The notes below the pieces were generated by a model that saw only the letters and a list, made by a program, of their open reading frames with translations, was not told the DNA's origin and searched no databases. This document shows positions 52,536 through 61,220 of a stretch of DNA of 64,000 nt, piece after piece; position 1 is the first letter of the stretch; the number at the start of each line of letters is the position of its first letter. A program made the position numbers and the translations under genes. Origin of the DNA: an uncultured Rhodospirillaceae bacterium (GTDB taxonomy: Bacteria; Pseudomonadota; Alphaproteobacteria; UBA7887); NCBI GenBank assembly GCA_964408735.1, contig CAYPAX010000002.1:10921-74920 (forward strand), read 5' to 3'.

Positions 52536-55500
52536 GTGAGCGAGGACGGCGGACAAGAAGGCACCACCGAGCGCGTCGCGGCGATCCTGGCGGCGGATGC
52601 CGTGGGCTATTCGCGCCTCATGGCCGACGACGAGAAGGCGACGATCGCGGCGCTGGATCGCGCGCGGGCGGTGTTCACAGAACACATAGAGGCCAACCGT
52701 GGCCGGGTGGTGGACACGGCGGGCGACAGTGTGCTGGCGGTGTTCCAGACCACAGGCGGCGCTGTGCGGGCTTCGGTGGCAATCCAGGAAGGCCTGGCGG
52801 CGCTGGGCGAGGGTGTGCCCGAGCCGCGGCAAATGCTGTTCCGCATCGGCATCCACCTCGGCGATATTCATGAGAAGGCGGATGGCACCATCTACGGCGA
52901 TGGCGTCAATGTGGCGGCGCGGCTGGAGGCGCTGAGCCAGCCAGGGGGGATAACGGTTTCCGACTCAGTGCATGGCAGCATCCGCGACCGGCTTGACGTA
53001 AGCTTCGAGTTCCTGGGCGAGCACGAAGGCAAGAACCTCCGAGCGCCTGTGAAGGCGTATCGTGTGTTGCCAGAGGGCGTGGCTCTTGACACGTCAAAGA
53101 GTAAGCTAGGAATTCCGCGTAGTGGTGTCATCGCCGCGGCAGTGGCAGCCATCCTTATCGTGGTGGGAGCGGTTTGGTGGCAGACGCGGGCGCCCGAACT
53201 GCCGCCGATGGTGAGTGCCGCCGGCACGCCCACCGACGACCCCATTCTGGCCGCGCCCTCGGGTCCGGCGATTGCAGTGCTACCTTTTACTGATTTGTCC
53301 GAGGCAGCTGGACAAGCGTTCTTTGCCGACGGCTTGGCCGAGGACATCATTACCGGGCTGTCGCGTTTCAATCATTTGCGTGTCATCGCCCGCAACTCGA
53401 CCTTCCAGTACAAAGGCCAGGCGGTCGATGTGCGTGAGGTCGGCGAGGCGCTGGGTGTGCGCTACGTGCTCGAAGGCAGCGTCCGGCGAGCGGGTGACTC
53501 GTTACGTGTCTCGGCCCAGCTTCTCGATGCCCGCGACGGCACCCACCTGTGGGCGGAAACTTATGCCCGCGATCTCACTACCGCCGACATCTTCGGTGTC
53601 CAGGACAGCATCATGGAGCGTATCGTCGGGACCCTTGGTGATGAGCATGGTGTCATCAGTCGTGCCGGATTGGCAGAGACCGCAGCTCGCCACACCGACA
53701 ATCTCAGCGCCTACGAATGCGTGCTGCGCGCCTACGGCTATTACGACGTGATCACCCCGGCTGAGCATCTTGCGGTGCGCGCCTGCCTGGAGGAAGCGGT
53801 GGCTCTTGACCTGACCTACGCCGAGGCCTGGGGTTGGCTATCCCACATGTATCAGGACGAATACAAGTTCGGTTTCAATCCACGCCCCGACGTGGGCGAT
53901 CCGCTGGCGTCGGCCATCGCGGCTTCGCAGAATGCGATCAAGGCCGATCCGACCAGCCAGATTGGCTACGAATCCCTGGCCACGGGGCACTATTTCGCCG
54001 GCGACCTGGAGCAATTTCGTATCGCTGCCGAACGGGCGCTGTCGCTCAATCCGAACAACTCGCAAACGCTGGCCTATCTCGGCCAAATGATCGCATTTGC
54101 CGGTGATTGGGACAGAGGGATTGCCTTGATGGACAAGGCGGTGAGCCTCAATCCCAATCACCCCACCTGGTATCACGCCGCATACCTCATGCGACACTAT
54201 CGCGACGCCGACTACGCGGCGGCCTTGCTTTCGGCCAAGCGCTACAACTTGCCCATATTCTTCGCGCACCATTTGTTTCATGCGATCATCTACGCACAGC
54301 TGGGCCGGACCGAAGAGGCGCGGGCATCTATCGTCGCGCTTGAAGCGCTGTACCCGGGATATGCCGACGTAGCGCGCAGCAATCTGGAAAAATGGTGGAA
54401 AGACGAGGCGGTGGTCACTGCCATGCTCGACGGCCTGGAAAAAGCCGGCCTCTTCGATGAGCCCGAACCGCCATCCCGGCCCGTCATTGCCGTGCTGCCC
54501 TTCGACAATCTCTCTGGCGATCCCGAGCAGGACTATTTCGCCGACGGCATCACCGAGGACATCATCACGCGGCTGGCGCAGTTTCCGGACATTCTCGTGC
54601 TCGGGCGCAACACGACCTTCCAGTTCAAGGGCGAGGCGGTGGACGTGAAGGAGATCGGCGCCAGGTTGGAAGCCGACTACATCGTCGAAGGCAGCATCCG
54701 CCGCGCCGGCGAGACCGTGCGGGTCAACGCCCAGCTGCTCGATACCGAGAGCGGTGGCCATATCTGGGCCGAGACCTACGACCGCGCCCTTGACCCAGCC
54801 AACCTCTTCGCCATGCAGGACGAGATCACGGAAGCCGTCGCCAGCCGTATCGGCGACCGACATGGGGCGATTGGCCGTGCCGAGTTTCAGCGCTCCTCCC
54901 GACAAGCGCCAAAGAGTCTTTCGTCATACGAGTGCATTCTGAGATTTGTCGAGTTTCAACGGCACTTCAACGAGGAGACCCATGGTGTGGCGCGTGCCTG
55001 CCTGGAGGAAGTCGTCGAGGCAGAGCCCGATTACGGCGAGGCCTGGGCGCTGCTTGGTAATGCGTACCTCAATGAGATCAATTTTGGATTCAATGCCTCG
55101 GCGGAGTCTTCTTTGGCGCGGGCGATAGAGTTTATGGAGCGGGGTATTGCTATCGACCCGGGAAGCGGTCTGGCCCACGTTCACTTGGCCTGGGCGCTTC
55201 TCACCAACGACAACCCGGAGCGTGCCCTGCGCGAAGCCGAGGAAGCCCTGCGGCTCGATCCCAACAACGTCGAAGTCATCGCGACGGCTGGCATAGTTTT
55301 CGTGAACACGGGGGAGTATCAACGCACCGAGGAGATCATGGCCAAGGTCACGCTGCTGAACCCGAACTATCCCGCCTGGATGAACTGGAACATGGCAAAA
55401 GTTCACCTCGCGCGCGGCGACTATGCGGACGTCGTGGCGCGCCTTGAGATGACACAGATGGCGTGGTGGTATTGGACCAAAGCCTTCCTCGCCGCCGCCC

Positions 55501-55718
55501 ATTGCGCCAACGGCGATATCGAGCGTGGGCAGGAGGAGCTCGATGCCGCCCTCCAAGCTAACCCCGACCTCGCCGAGGCGTATTGGCCGGAGGTCTATTA
55601 CTTCAACAAGAGACCCGAGGTGCAGCCAATGATCGATGCCCTCTCCGCTGGCCTTGAGGTCTGTGGCTGGGACGTGCCGCCTGACCCGGGGCGACAGGCC
55701 GCGGCTGCGCCTAAATAA
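52536..55718 (+). CDS. Class III adenylate/guanylate cyclase with one TM segment and two tandem TolB-N-like plus TPR-like modules (1060 aa)
   Basis: GTG start and a CHD domain. A TM segment follows (VIAAAVAAILIVVGAVWW). The modules start at residue 244 (PAIAVLPFTDLSE...) and residue 649 (PVIAVLPFDNLSG...). Confidence 0.85.
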   Translation: MSEDGGQEGTTERVAAILAADAVGYSRLMADDEKATIAALDRARAVFTEHIEANRGRVVDTAGDSVLAVFQTTGGAVRASVAIQEGLAALGEGVPEPRQMLFRIGIHLGDIHEKADGTIYGDGVNVAARLEALSQPGGITVSDSVHGSIRDRLDVSFEFLGEHEGKNLRAPVKAYRVLPEGVALDTSKSKLGIPRSGVIAAAVAAILIVVGAVWWQTRAPELPPMVSAAGTPTDDPILAAPSGPAIAVLPFTDLSEAAGQAFFADGLAEDIITGLSRFNHLRVIARNSTFQYKGQAVDVREVGEALGVRYVLEGSVRRAGDSLRVSAQLLDARDGTHLWAETYARDLTTADIFGVQDSIMERIVGTLGDEHGVISRAGLAETAARHTDNLSAYECVLRAYGYYDVITPAEHLAVRACLEEAVALDLTYAEAWGWLSHMYQDEYKFGFNPRPDVGDPLASAIAASQNAIKADPTSQIGYESLATGHYFAGDLEQFRIAAERALSLNPNNSQTLAYLGQMIAFAGDWDRGIALMDKAVSLNPNHPTWYHAAYLMRHYRDADYAAALLSAKRYNLPIFFAHHLFHAIIYAQLGRTEEARASIVALEALYPGYADVARSNLEKWWKDEAVVTAMLDGLEKAGLFDEPEPPSRPVIAVLPFDNLSGDPEQDYFADGITEDIITRLAQFPDILVLGRNTTFQFKGEAVDVKEIGARLEADYIVEGSIRRAGETVRVNAQLLDTESGGHIWAETYDRALDPANLFAMQDEITEAVASRIGDRHGAIGRAEFQRSSRQAPKSLSSYECILRFVEFQRHFNEETHGVARACLEEVVEAEPDYGEAWALLGNAYLNEINFGFNASAESSLARAIEFMERGIAIDPGSGLAHVHLAWALLTNDNPERALREAEEALRLDPNNVEVIATAGIVFVNTGEYQRTEEIMAKVTLLNPNYPAWMNWNMAKVHLARGDYADVVARLEMTQMAWWYWTKAFLAAAHCANGDIERGQEELDAALQANPDLAEAYWPEVYYFNKRPEVQPMIDALSAGLEVCGWDVPPDPGRQAAAAPK
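53265..54479 (+). repeat. Dispersed direct repeat: module 1 of the 52536 cyclase is ~85-90% identical at nucleotide level to 7284-8495 (module 1 of the 6576 cyclase)
   Basis: Direct comparison by eye of 7381-7680 with 53381-53680. Protein identity is ~80% across roughly 400 aa, whereas the catalytic domains are only ~55-60% identical. Confidence 0.6.
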
Positions 55719-56850
55719 TCCGCTCGCCGAACTTCTCTATCGCATCCTCCGACAGCGTCAGCCCGAGCCCCGGCGCGTCGTTCAGGGTCAGCCAGCCGTC
55801 GGCGATTTGCGGCGGGTTCTCGAACAGCTCGGCCTGGAGCGGGTCGCGCTGGGGGTCGGTGAAGCTTTCGACGATGTAGCCGGCGGGCGTGGCGGCGACG
55901 AGCTGGGCGTGGATGAAGCAGTCGTGGTGCGGGGCCACGTGGACGTGGTTGAGCTCGCAAAGGGCAGCCAGCTTGCGCCCGCCGGTGAAACCGCCGAACA
56001 TGGTGCAGTCGAACTGCAATATGCGGATCGCCTGCTCCTCCAGCAGCGCGCGGCAGCCGTAACCGGTCAACTCGCTCTCGCCGGCCGAGAGGGGGATATG
56101 GGTTCGCTGGCTCAGCATCTTCAGCTCGCGGCGGTCGTCGGCCCAGCGTACGGGCTCTTCCAGCCACAGCGGGTTCAAGTCCTCGAGCGGGGCAATGGCC
56201 TCAAACGCCGTTTCCAGATCCCAGCCGCGGTTGACGTCGATCATCAGGTCGCGCTCGTCGCCGATGACCTCGCGCACCAGCTCCAGCCGCGGCATGTCCT
56301 CTGCCAGCGGCAGGCCGCCGGCCTTGGCCTTGAAGCCGCGATGGCCCTGGGCCACCAGTGCTTCGATCTCGTCGCGCAGCTCGGCCTCGTCCTTGCCGTC
56401 GCGGTAGTAGGCGCAGGTGACGTAAGCGGGCACCTTGTCGCGATAACCGCCGAAGAGCTGGTAGAGCGGCAGTCCGGCCATCTTGCCGACGATATCCCAG
56501 CAGGCGAGGTCGACCGCCGCGGCGACGCGCACCAGGGCCTCGCGGCCCCAGCCCTTTTCGAAGGCGAGGCGTTGCGAGGTCAACCCGAACAGCGTGTCGT
56601 GCAGGCGCTCGGGCGCCAGGGCGCTCATCCCCAGCACTTGCTCGCCGACGCCGCTCCGGAAGGCCTCGACCACGGCAGCCGGCCCGCCATAGCTGGTGGC
56701 CTGGCCGAAGCCCTCGACGCCGTCGTCGGTGCGCAGGCGCACCAGCACCTCGGCCGCCCGCGGCACCACGAAATGGCTCACCCAGTGGGGTCGGCCTGCT
56801 TCCGGCGCGGTCAGCAGATGTACGTCGATGTCGGTGATGGTCGCGGCCAT
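55711..56850 (-). CDS. Mandelate racemase/muconate lactonizing enzyme (enolase superfamily) protein
   Basis: N-terminal capping domain followed by a barrel with metal-ligand Asp/Glu spacing. The ATG at 56850 is preceded by GGGAG. Confidence 0.8.
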   Translation of the reverse strand: MAATITDIDVHLLTAPEAGRPHWVSHFVVPRAAEVLVRLRTDDGVEGFGQATSYGGPAAVVEAFRSGVGEQVLGMSALAPERLHDTLFGLTSQRLAFEKGWGREALVRVAAAVDLACWDIVGKMAGLPLYQLFGGYRDKVPAYVTCAYYRDGKDEAELRDEIEALVAQGHRGFKAKAGGLPLAEDMPRLELVREVIGDERDLMIDVNRGWDLETAFEAIAPLEDLNPLWLEEPVRWADDRRELKMLSQRTHIPLSAGESELTGYGCRALLEEQAIRILQFDCTMFGGFTGGRKLAALCELNHVHVAPHHDCFIHAQLVAATPAGYIVESFTDPQRDPLQAELFENPPQIADGWLTLNDAPGLGLTLSEDAIEKFGERII

Positions 56851-56907
56851 GGCAGGCTCCCGTCGGTGGTGGCTGGACATTGCGAAAAGGTTGCCCGGGT
56901 CATTCTG

Positions 56908-57528
56908 TCAGCGATCGTTAAGCGCCGGAAAGTCCCGGTAGTGCTCGCGGTGGCTGCCGGCGTGGTTGGCCATGCCGGGCTTGGTCAGCAGGCCGCGCGG
57001 CGCGATGTAGCTGTGGATGCTGCGCTTCGGCGCCTCGTGCCAGGCGATGTTGAAGGCGGCGAGCTTGGGGAAGAACTGCAGCCGGCTGTAGGGCAGGTGG
57101 TCGTGTATCCACCAGGCCAGGGCGCGCCAGTCGGCGCCTTCCGCATACAGGTCGGCGAACCAGGGCACGATGATGCAGGCGACCGCCCCCATGCAACCGT
57201 CGCCATCGCGGCGGTCCCAGATATGGCCGGCATGGTTGGCTGCGTTCGATGCACAGTTCAGACGCAATCGGTTGCCCAGCGCATTGACGTCCGCGGAGCG
57301 GTAGGCCGAGCGAATGGCGAGGCGGCCGAAGGTGGCGTTGAGCGGCTCCAATAGCTCGCCGCAGAGCTTGCGCCCGGCGGCGATGGCAAGGTCCGGATCG
57401 TCGGGAACATTGGCCAACCCATGCAACTCGGCGATCTCGCTATGCAGAAAATCGCGCAGATAGAACGACGGCGACAAACGCACCCGCCCCAGATCTTCCA
57501 GCGCCCTCACCGAGCCCGGCTTGCGCAT
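56908..57528 (-). CDS. Hypothetical protein (~207 aa), possibly zinc D,D-peptidase (M15)-like
   Basis: The segment IRSAYRSADVNALGN...NHAGHIWD...HDH loosely resembles M15 SxYRS...H..G...D...H motifs. It lies only 5 bp after the SDR gene stop. The assignment is weak. Confidence 0.3.
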   Translation of the reverse strand: MRKPGSVRALEDLGRVRLSPSFYLRDFLHSEIAELHGLANVPDDPDLAIAAGRKLCGELLEPLNATFGRLAIRSAYRSADVNALGNRLRLNCASNAANHAGHIWDRRDGDGCMGAVACIIVPWFADLYAEGADWRALAWWIHDHLPYSRLQFFPKLAAFNIAWHEAPKRSIHSYIAPRGLLTKPGMANHAGSHREHYRDFPALNDR

Positions 57529-57533
57529 TCCCC

Positions 57534-58229
57534 TCACCAGGTCTCGCCGAAAGGCCGCAGCTCGACCAGGAAGGAGCGTGCCGAGCGCGGCTGGTGGGCG
57601 GTATGGAAAATCTCGTCCGCCAGCTCCTCGGGCTTGGCGAAGGCCTCGTCGGGCTTGTCGCCGAAGCGGCGTCGCGCAAACGGCATGTCGATCAGCGCAT
57701 CGATCACCACATAGGCCACGTGCACCCCTTGCGGGCCGAGCTCGCGGGCCAGGCATTCGGCCAGGATGCGCTGGGAGGCCTTGGTCGGCGAGAAGCCGAC
57801 GAAGCTCGGAATGCCTCGCGTCGCTCCCGTGTTGCCGGTAACCACCAGCGCGCCGCTGCCGCGGGCGGCCATGGCCGGCGCCAGCTCCTGGGCGGTGACC
57901 AGGAGCCCTGTGGTGTTGACGCGGAAATTGCGCTCGAAGTCGTCCGTATCGAGGCTGGTGTAGTCGGCGAAGGTGGCCAGCGCCGCATTGTAGACCACCA
58001 CGTCGGGCTCGCCCGCCTCGTCGACAATGTGCCGCAACGTCTCGCGATAGCCATCGAGGTTGGTGATATCCGTGGGATAGGCGGTGCTGCCCTCGACCGC
58101 GCCCGCCAGCTCGCGCAGGCGCTCGGCATTGCGCGCGATCATGGACACGCGATAGCCGCCGGCGGCGAAGCGCCTGGCGCAGGCCAGCCCCGTGCCGACA
58201 CCGACGCCGACAACGAGACAATGGGGCAT
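57534..58229 (-). CDS. SDR family oxidoreductase
   Basis: 231 aa with a GVGxGxG N-terminus, NAA and YxxxK-like motifs. Confidence 0.8.
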   Translation of the reverse strand: MPHCLVVGVGVGTGLACARRFAAGGYRVSMIARNAERLRELAGAVEGSTAYPTDITNLDGYRETLRHIVDEAGEPDVVVYNAALATFADYTSLDTDDFERNFRVNTTGLLVTAQELAPAMAARGSGALVVTGNTGATRGIPSFVGFSPTKASQRILAECLARELGPQGVHVAYVVIDALIDMPFARRRFGDKPDEAFAKPEELADEIFHTAHQPRSARSFLVELRPFGETW

Positions 58230-58276
58230 GGCTACGTCCCTGCGCTCAGGTGGGTCCTTGTCACTCAGCCCCGCTA

Positions 58277-58504
58277 TTATGTGTCATCGATCTCCCAGTC
58301 GTCCATGATCACGCTCTGGGATGTGCGCCGGCCGCGACAGCGGATGGTCTTGCCGACCAGCGCCTCAAGGGCCTCGTCGCGGAACGGGTTGCCGCCCTCG
58401 CGTCGGAGCAGAAACTCACCCTCGGGCGTGGCCAGCATGACCGCGTCGCGCTCGCTCTTGGAGCCCGGCGCATAGAGTCGCTTGATGACTTTTCCCGTGA
58501 TCAC
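58277..58504 (-). CDS. Small hypothetical protein (75 aa, GTG start), third gene of the lectin operon
   Basis: High-GC codon usage consistent with coding. It starts 7 nt after the 505-aa gene's stop. No recognised domain. Confidence 0.35.
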   Translation of the reverse strand: MITGKVIKRLYAPGSKSERDAVMLATPEGEFLLRREGGNPFRDEALEALVGKTIRCRGRRTSQSVIMDDWEIDDT

Positions 58505-58511
58505 CGCATGA

Positions 58512-60029
58512 TCATTTCCGATAGAGAGTCCTCACGGAAACGATAACCCCATCGCGCTCCTCGACCAAGAGCACAGCCGCATCCTGGAAAAGATCGCCGG
58601 GCGAGCCGATGGTGCCATAGGTGCTGTGGAAGCGATGCTGTTCGGCAATCATGCTGTGGGCCAGCGCGAAACTCGGACCGCCTTCGACAATGGCGGTGTC
58701 GCGCGCCGTCACCTCCAGGCCGAGGGACGCGACCAGGCGCTCGATGCCTTCGGCGACCGCGCCCTCAGGGGCCGCATCTGCCTGGGCTATGGCAAAACCG
58801 GCCTCGCTCGCCAGCGCCTCGCCGCGCGCGGTCATGCGGATGCGGTCAGCACTCCGCCTGGCCGCCTCGAGCGCCTCCTCGTCCACCACATCGAGCGCGT
58901 GCGCCTCGACAGCTTTCGCCGCCTGGACCGGGTGGGCCGCCGGATCCGAGAGCAGAATGAACTGCGCGATGGTCTTCTGATCGACCGAGCCCAAAGGATT
59001 GTTCTGGCTGATGAAGTCCTGACGCGCGAGCAGCATGGCACTGCCCGCCGAGCGACCGCCGAGAAGCTGTTTGAGGAAATCCTGGGTGATCAGGTCAGCG
59101 GCGCCCTGCCCGCTTGCGGGCCCATAGGCGATGTTGGTGCTGCCGCAAAACGCCGCGACGCCGCCCGACGTCATGGCATTGCAGATCGGCATCGTGCCTG
59201 ATCCGGAGGCGTAGAGTTCGGCGCCATAGCAGCACTCCGCGGTGGCGATCGTGCCGGCAGAGAGGTTGCCCTGGATTTGCGCGGACTCGACAGCCTTCGG
59301 ATAGCTGCTGCCCTTCTGGCCATACCAATTCGGATCCGCGTCGCTGCCGTGGCAGTTGACGAACCAGGACCGTGCGGCGAGTTGCTGGCTGGTCCAATTG
59401 GGGCCGTCGGGCGGTGACAGCTGTAGCGTGGTCGCACTGCCGAAGATTTTGCTGACGCTGGTCGTGGTCGAGCCCTGCCAGACCTCGGCGCTGACCGCGA
59501 GATAGGTCGTGTACTCGTTCTGGGGCAGGGCGGTCAGCGACGCGGAGGTGTTGATCGCGGCAACGAGCTGGGCGGTGTCGTTGCTGCCGGTTATGCCCGC
59601 AAGACGCCCGACAACCCGCGTGGGCGCCAGAAAGTCCGTAATCGTCGTGCTGTAAGCGGCGGCACAGGCATAGGGCAGGTCGGAGGGAACGTTGGCGTCC
59701 GGATCGCCCGATACCGGGTTGGTGAGGGTCTGGTGCGGCACCACGTCCGGCCCGCCGAGGATCATCAGATAGTCCGGTGTCAGTGCGGTGTAGACGCCGT
59801 CCACCGCGTCCTTGTTCTGCTGGTCGTCGGCAATGTTGGTGACCACGGGGGCGCCGAGCTTGCCCATTTGCTTGGCGTTGTCCATGAACACGATCTGGGT
59901 CGTGATGCCGCGCCTTTGGTCGGCCCCGATCAGGGTATTGAGCGCCGCCGAGATCTTCGAGACGTTGGTCCCGTACAGCTTCGTGAGCCCTTTTTGGTTG
60001 GTGACGATAACCTTGCTTGTCGTAGCCAT
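58512..60029 (-). CDS. 505-aa protein with a caspase/gingipain-like (clan CD) His-Gly...Cys signature; function unknown
   Basis: SWFVNCHGSD and GTIATAECCYGA each follow a hydrophobic strand, with 39 residues between the His and the Cys. No signal peptide. It starts 9 nt after the lectin stop. Confidence 0.55.
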   Translation of the reverse strand: MATTSKVIVTNQKGLTKLYGTNVSKISAALNTLIGADQRRGITTQIVFMDNAKQMGKLGAPVVTNIADDQQNKDAVDGVYTALTPDYLMILGGPDVVPHQTLTNPVSGDPDANVPSDLPYACAAAYSTTITDFLAPTRVVGRLAGITGSNDTAQLVAAINTSASLTALPQNEYTTYLAVSAEVWQGSTTTSVSKIFGSATTLQLSPPDGPNWTSQQLAARSWFVNCHGSDADPNWYGQKGSSYPKAVESAQIQGNLSAGTIATAECCYGAELYASGSGTMPICNAMTSGGVAAFCGSTNIAYGPASGQGAADLITQDFLKQLLGGRSAGSAMLLARQDFISQNNPLGSVDQKTIAQFILLSDPAAHPVQAAKAVEAHALDVVDEEALEAARRSADRIRMTARGEALASEAGFAIAQADAAPEGAVAEGIERLVASLGLEVTARDTAIVEGGPSFALAHSMIAEQHRFHSTYGTIGSPGDLFQDAAVLLVEERDGVIVSVRTLYRK

Positions 60030-60038
60030 GTCACGCCC

Positions 60039-60416
60039 TCACCCCTTGTGTTTCCAACAGACCAGCGAGACATAGAGATCGTTGTAGTCGTTATCGTCGC
60101 TGTCCTCGACGCTCAGATTGAAGCCGTGGCCGATGACCACGCCGTCCTCACGCGTGATGTTGTAGGAATCGATCGAGGATTTGATGCTCGTCGATTCCGG
60201 GATGTTGACCGTGATCGCCAGCCCGGTCCCCGCGATGTAGTCGCTGCCGACCGACAGCGGCGGCTCGATGTTGGTCGACTTCCGGCTGGTACTGACATAG
60301 GTCTTGCTCGAATCCTTGAGCGTGACGCCGATGGTGTAGCCAGCTTGTGTGAACATGGTCCAGGCCATGAACAGGCCCTGGTCGAAATTCGGCACACTGT
60401 AAGTTTTGGTGGCCAT
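60039..60416 (-). CDS. PA-IIL/LecB-family calcium-dependent fucose/mannose-binding lectin (125 aa)
   Basis: The C-terminal end reads VEDSDDNDYNDLYVSLVCWKHKG-COOH. It matches the LecB calcium/sugar-binding motif (LecB C-terminus: VGSEDGTDNDYNDAVVVINWPLG), including the C-terminal Gly. Strong GGGAGGGAG RBS. Confidence 0.65.
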   Translation of the reverse strand: MATKTYSVPNFDQGLFMAWTMFTQAGYTIGVTLKDSSKTYVSTSRKSTNIEPPLSVGSDYIAGTGLAITVNIPESTSIKSSIDSYNITREDGVVIGHGFNLSVEDSDDNDYNDLYVSLVCWKHKG

Positions 60417-60593
60417 TGTCTCCCTCCCTCAAATTGCATTTCTTTAAACATTACCATTAAAAATAGATAAAATAAATACACTGCCGCTATTCCGAGTAAA
60501 CAGATCCTGCTTGCGACATCAGGCGTGCCGATAATTGCCGGATCTTTCGGGCGCCGCGGGCTGTCAAAACGAGCCCGCCTTATCGCGCAAGGC
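60417..60593 (-). promoter_or_regulatory. AT-rich promoter region upstream of the lectin operon
   Basis: The stretch reads aaattgcatttctttaaacattaccattaaaaatagataaaataaatacactg. This is the most AT-rich intergenic segment in the window. Confidence 0.3.
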
Positions 60594-61208
60594 TTAGGCG
60601 CGGGCGGTCGGACGTGCGGCGACTCGCTGCCACCAGGCGGCGAGGTTGGCCTGGTCGTCGGCAATGCGCACCTCGCACACTCCCTTGGCGATGAGCACGG
60701 CGCATTGGGCGGTGATATCCGCTACCGTGTAGTCACCCGTGGCGATGAAGTCCCTGCCCGCCAGCTCTTTGTCGAGCCAGTCGTAGCGCGCCTTGATCTT
60801 GTCGCGGCAGGCATCGGCCCAGGCGGGGATCTGCGCCATGCGGCCGGCCCACATCTTGTGGCTGTGGACGAAGGTCTGCATCGCCGGATAGAGAATTTCC
60901 AGCTCCATGCGCCGGTTCCACATCTCCACGTCGGCCTGCTCGCGCGCGTCGCGGCCGAACATGGACGGCTCGGGATGCTCGGATTCGAGATAGCGGCAGA
61001 TGGCCACCGACTCGGCGATGCAACTGCCGTCGTCGAGCTCCAGCACGGGCAGCAGGCCGAGCGAGTTCTTGGTTTCGAGAAATTCCGGCGTGCGGTTCTC
61101 GCCCTTCATCATGTCGACCATGACGGTGGGAATATCGAGGCCCTTTTCGGCCAGGAAGATGCGCACGCGCCGCGTATTGGGCGAGCCGGCGAGATCGTAG
61201 AATTTCAT
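60594..61208 (-). CDS. Glutathione S-transferase
   Basis: 204 aa; N-terminus MKFYDLAGSPNTRRVRIFLAEKGLD. Confidence 0.85.
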   Translation of the reverse strand: MKFYDLAGSPNTRRVRIFLAEKGLDIPTVMVDMMKGENRTPEFLETKNSLGLLPVLELDDGSCIAESVAICRYLESEHPEPSMFGRDAREQADVEMWNRRMELEILYPAMQTFVHSHKMWAGRMAQIPAWADACRDKIKARYDWLDKELAGRDFIATGDYTVADITAQCAVLIAKGVCEVRIADDQANLAAWWQRVAARPTARA

Positions 61209-61220
61209 GGCAAAGCCTCT

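Noticed and set aside
58512-60029. Gingipain proper (C25, T9SS cargo) for the 505-aa protein
   Set aside because: There is no signal peptide and no recognisable T9SS C-terminal domain, and alphaproteobacteria lack T9SS. Only the generic clan-CD dyad geometry is supported.
60039-60416. Alternative assignment of the 125-aa protein as a LecA (PA-IL) galactophilic lectin or a jacalin-like lectin
   Set aside because: The acidic NDYND loop and the terminal Gly match LecB/PA-IIL, not LecA. Nothing in the sequence recalls LecA or jacalin.
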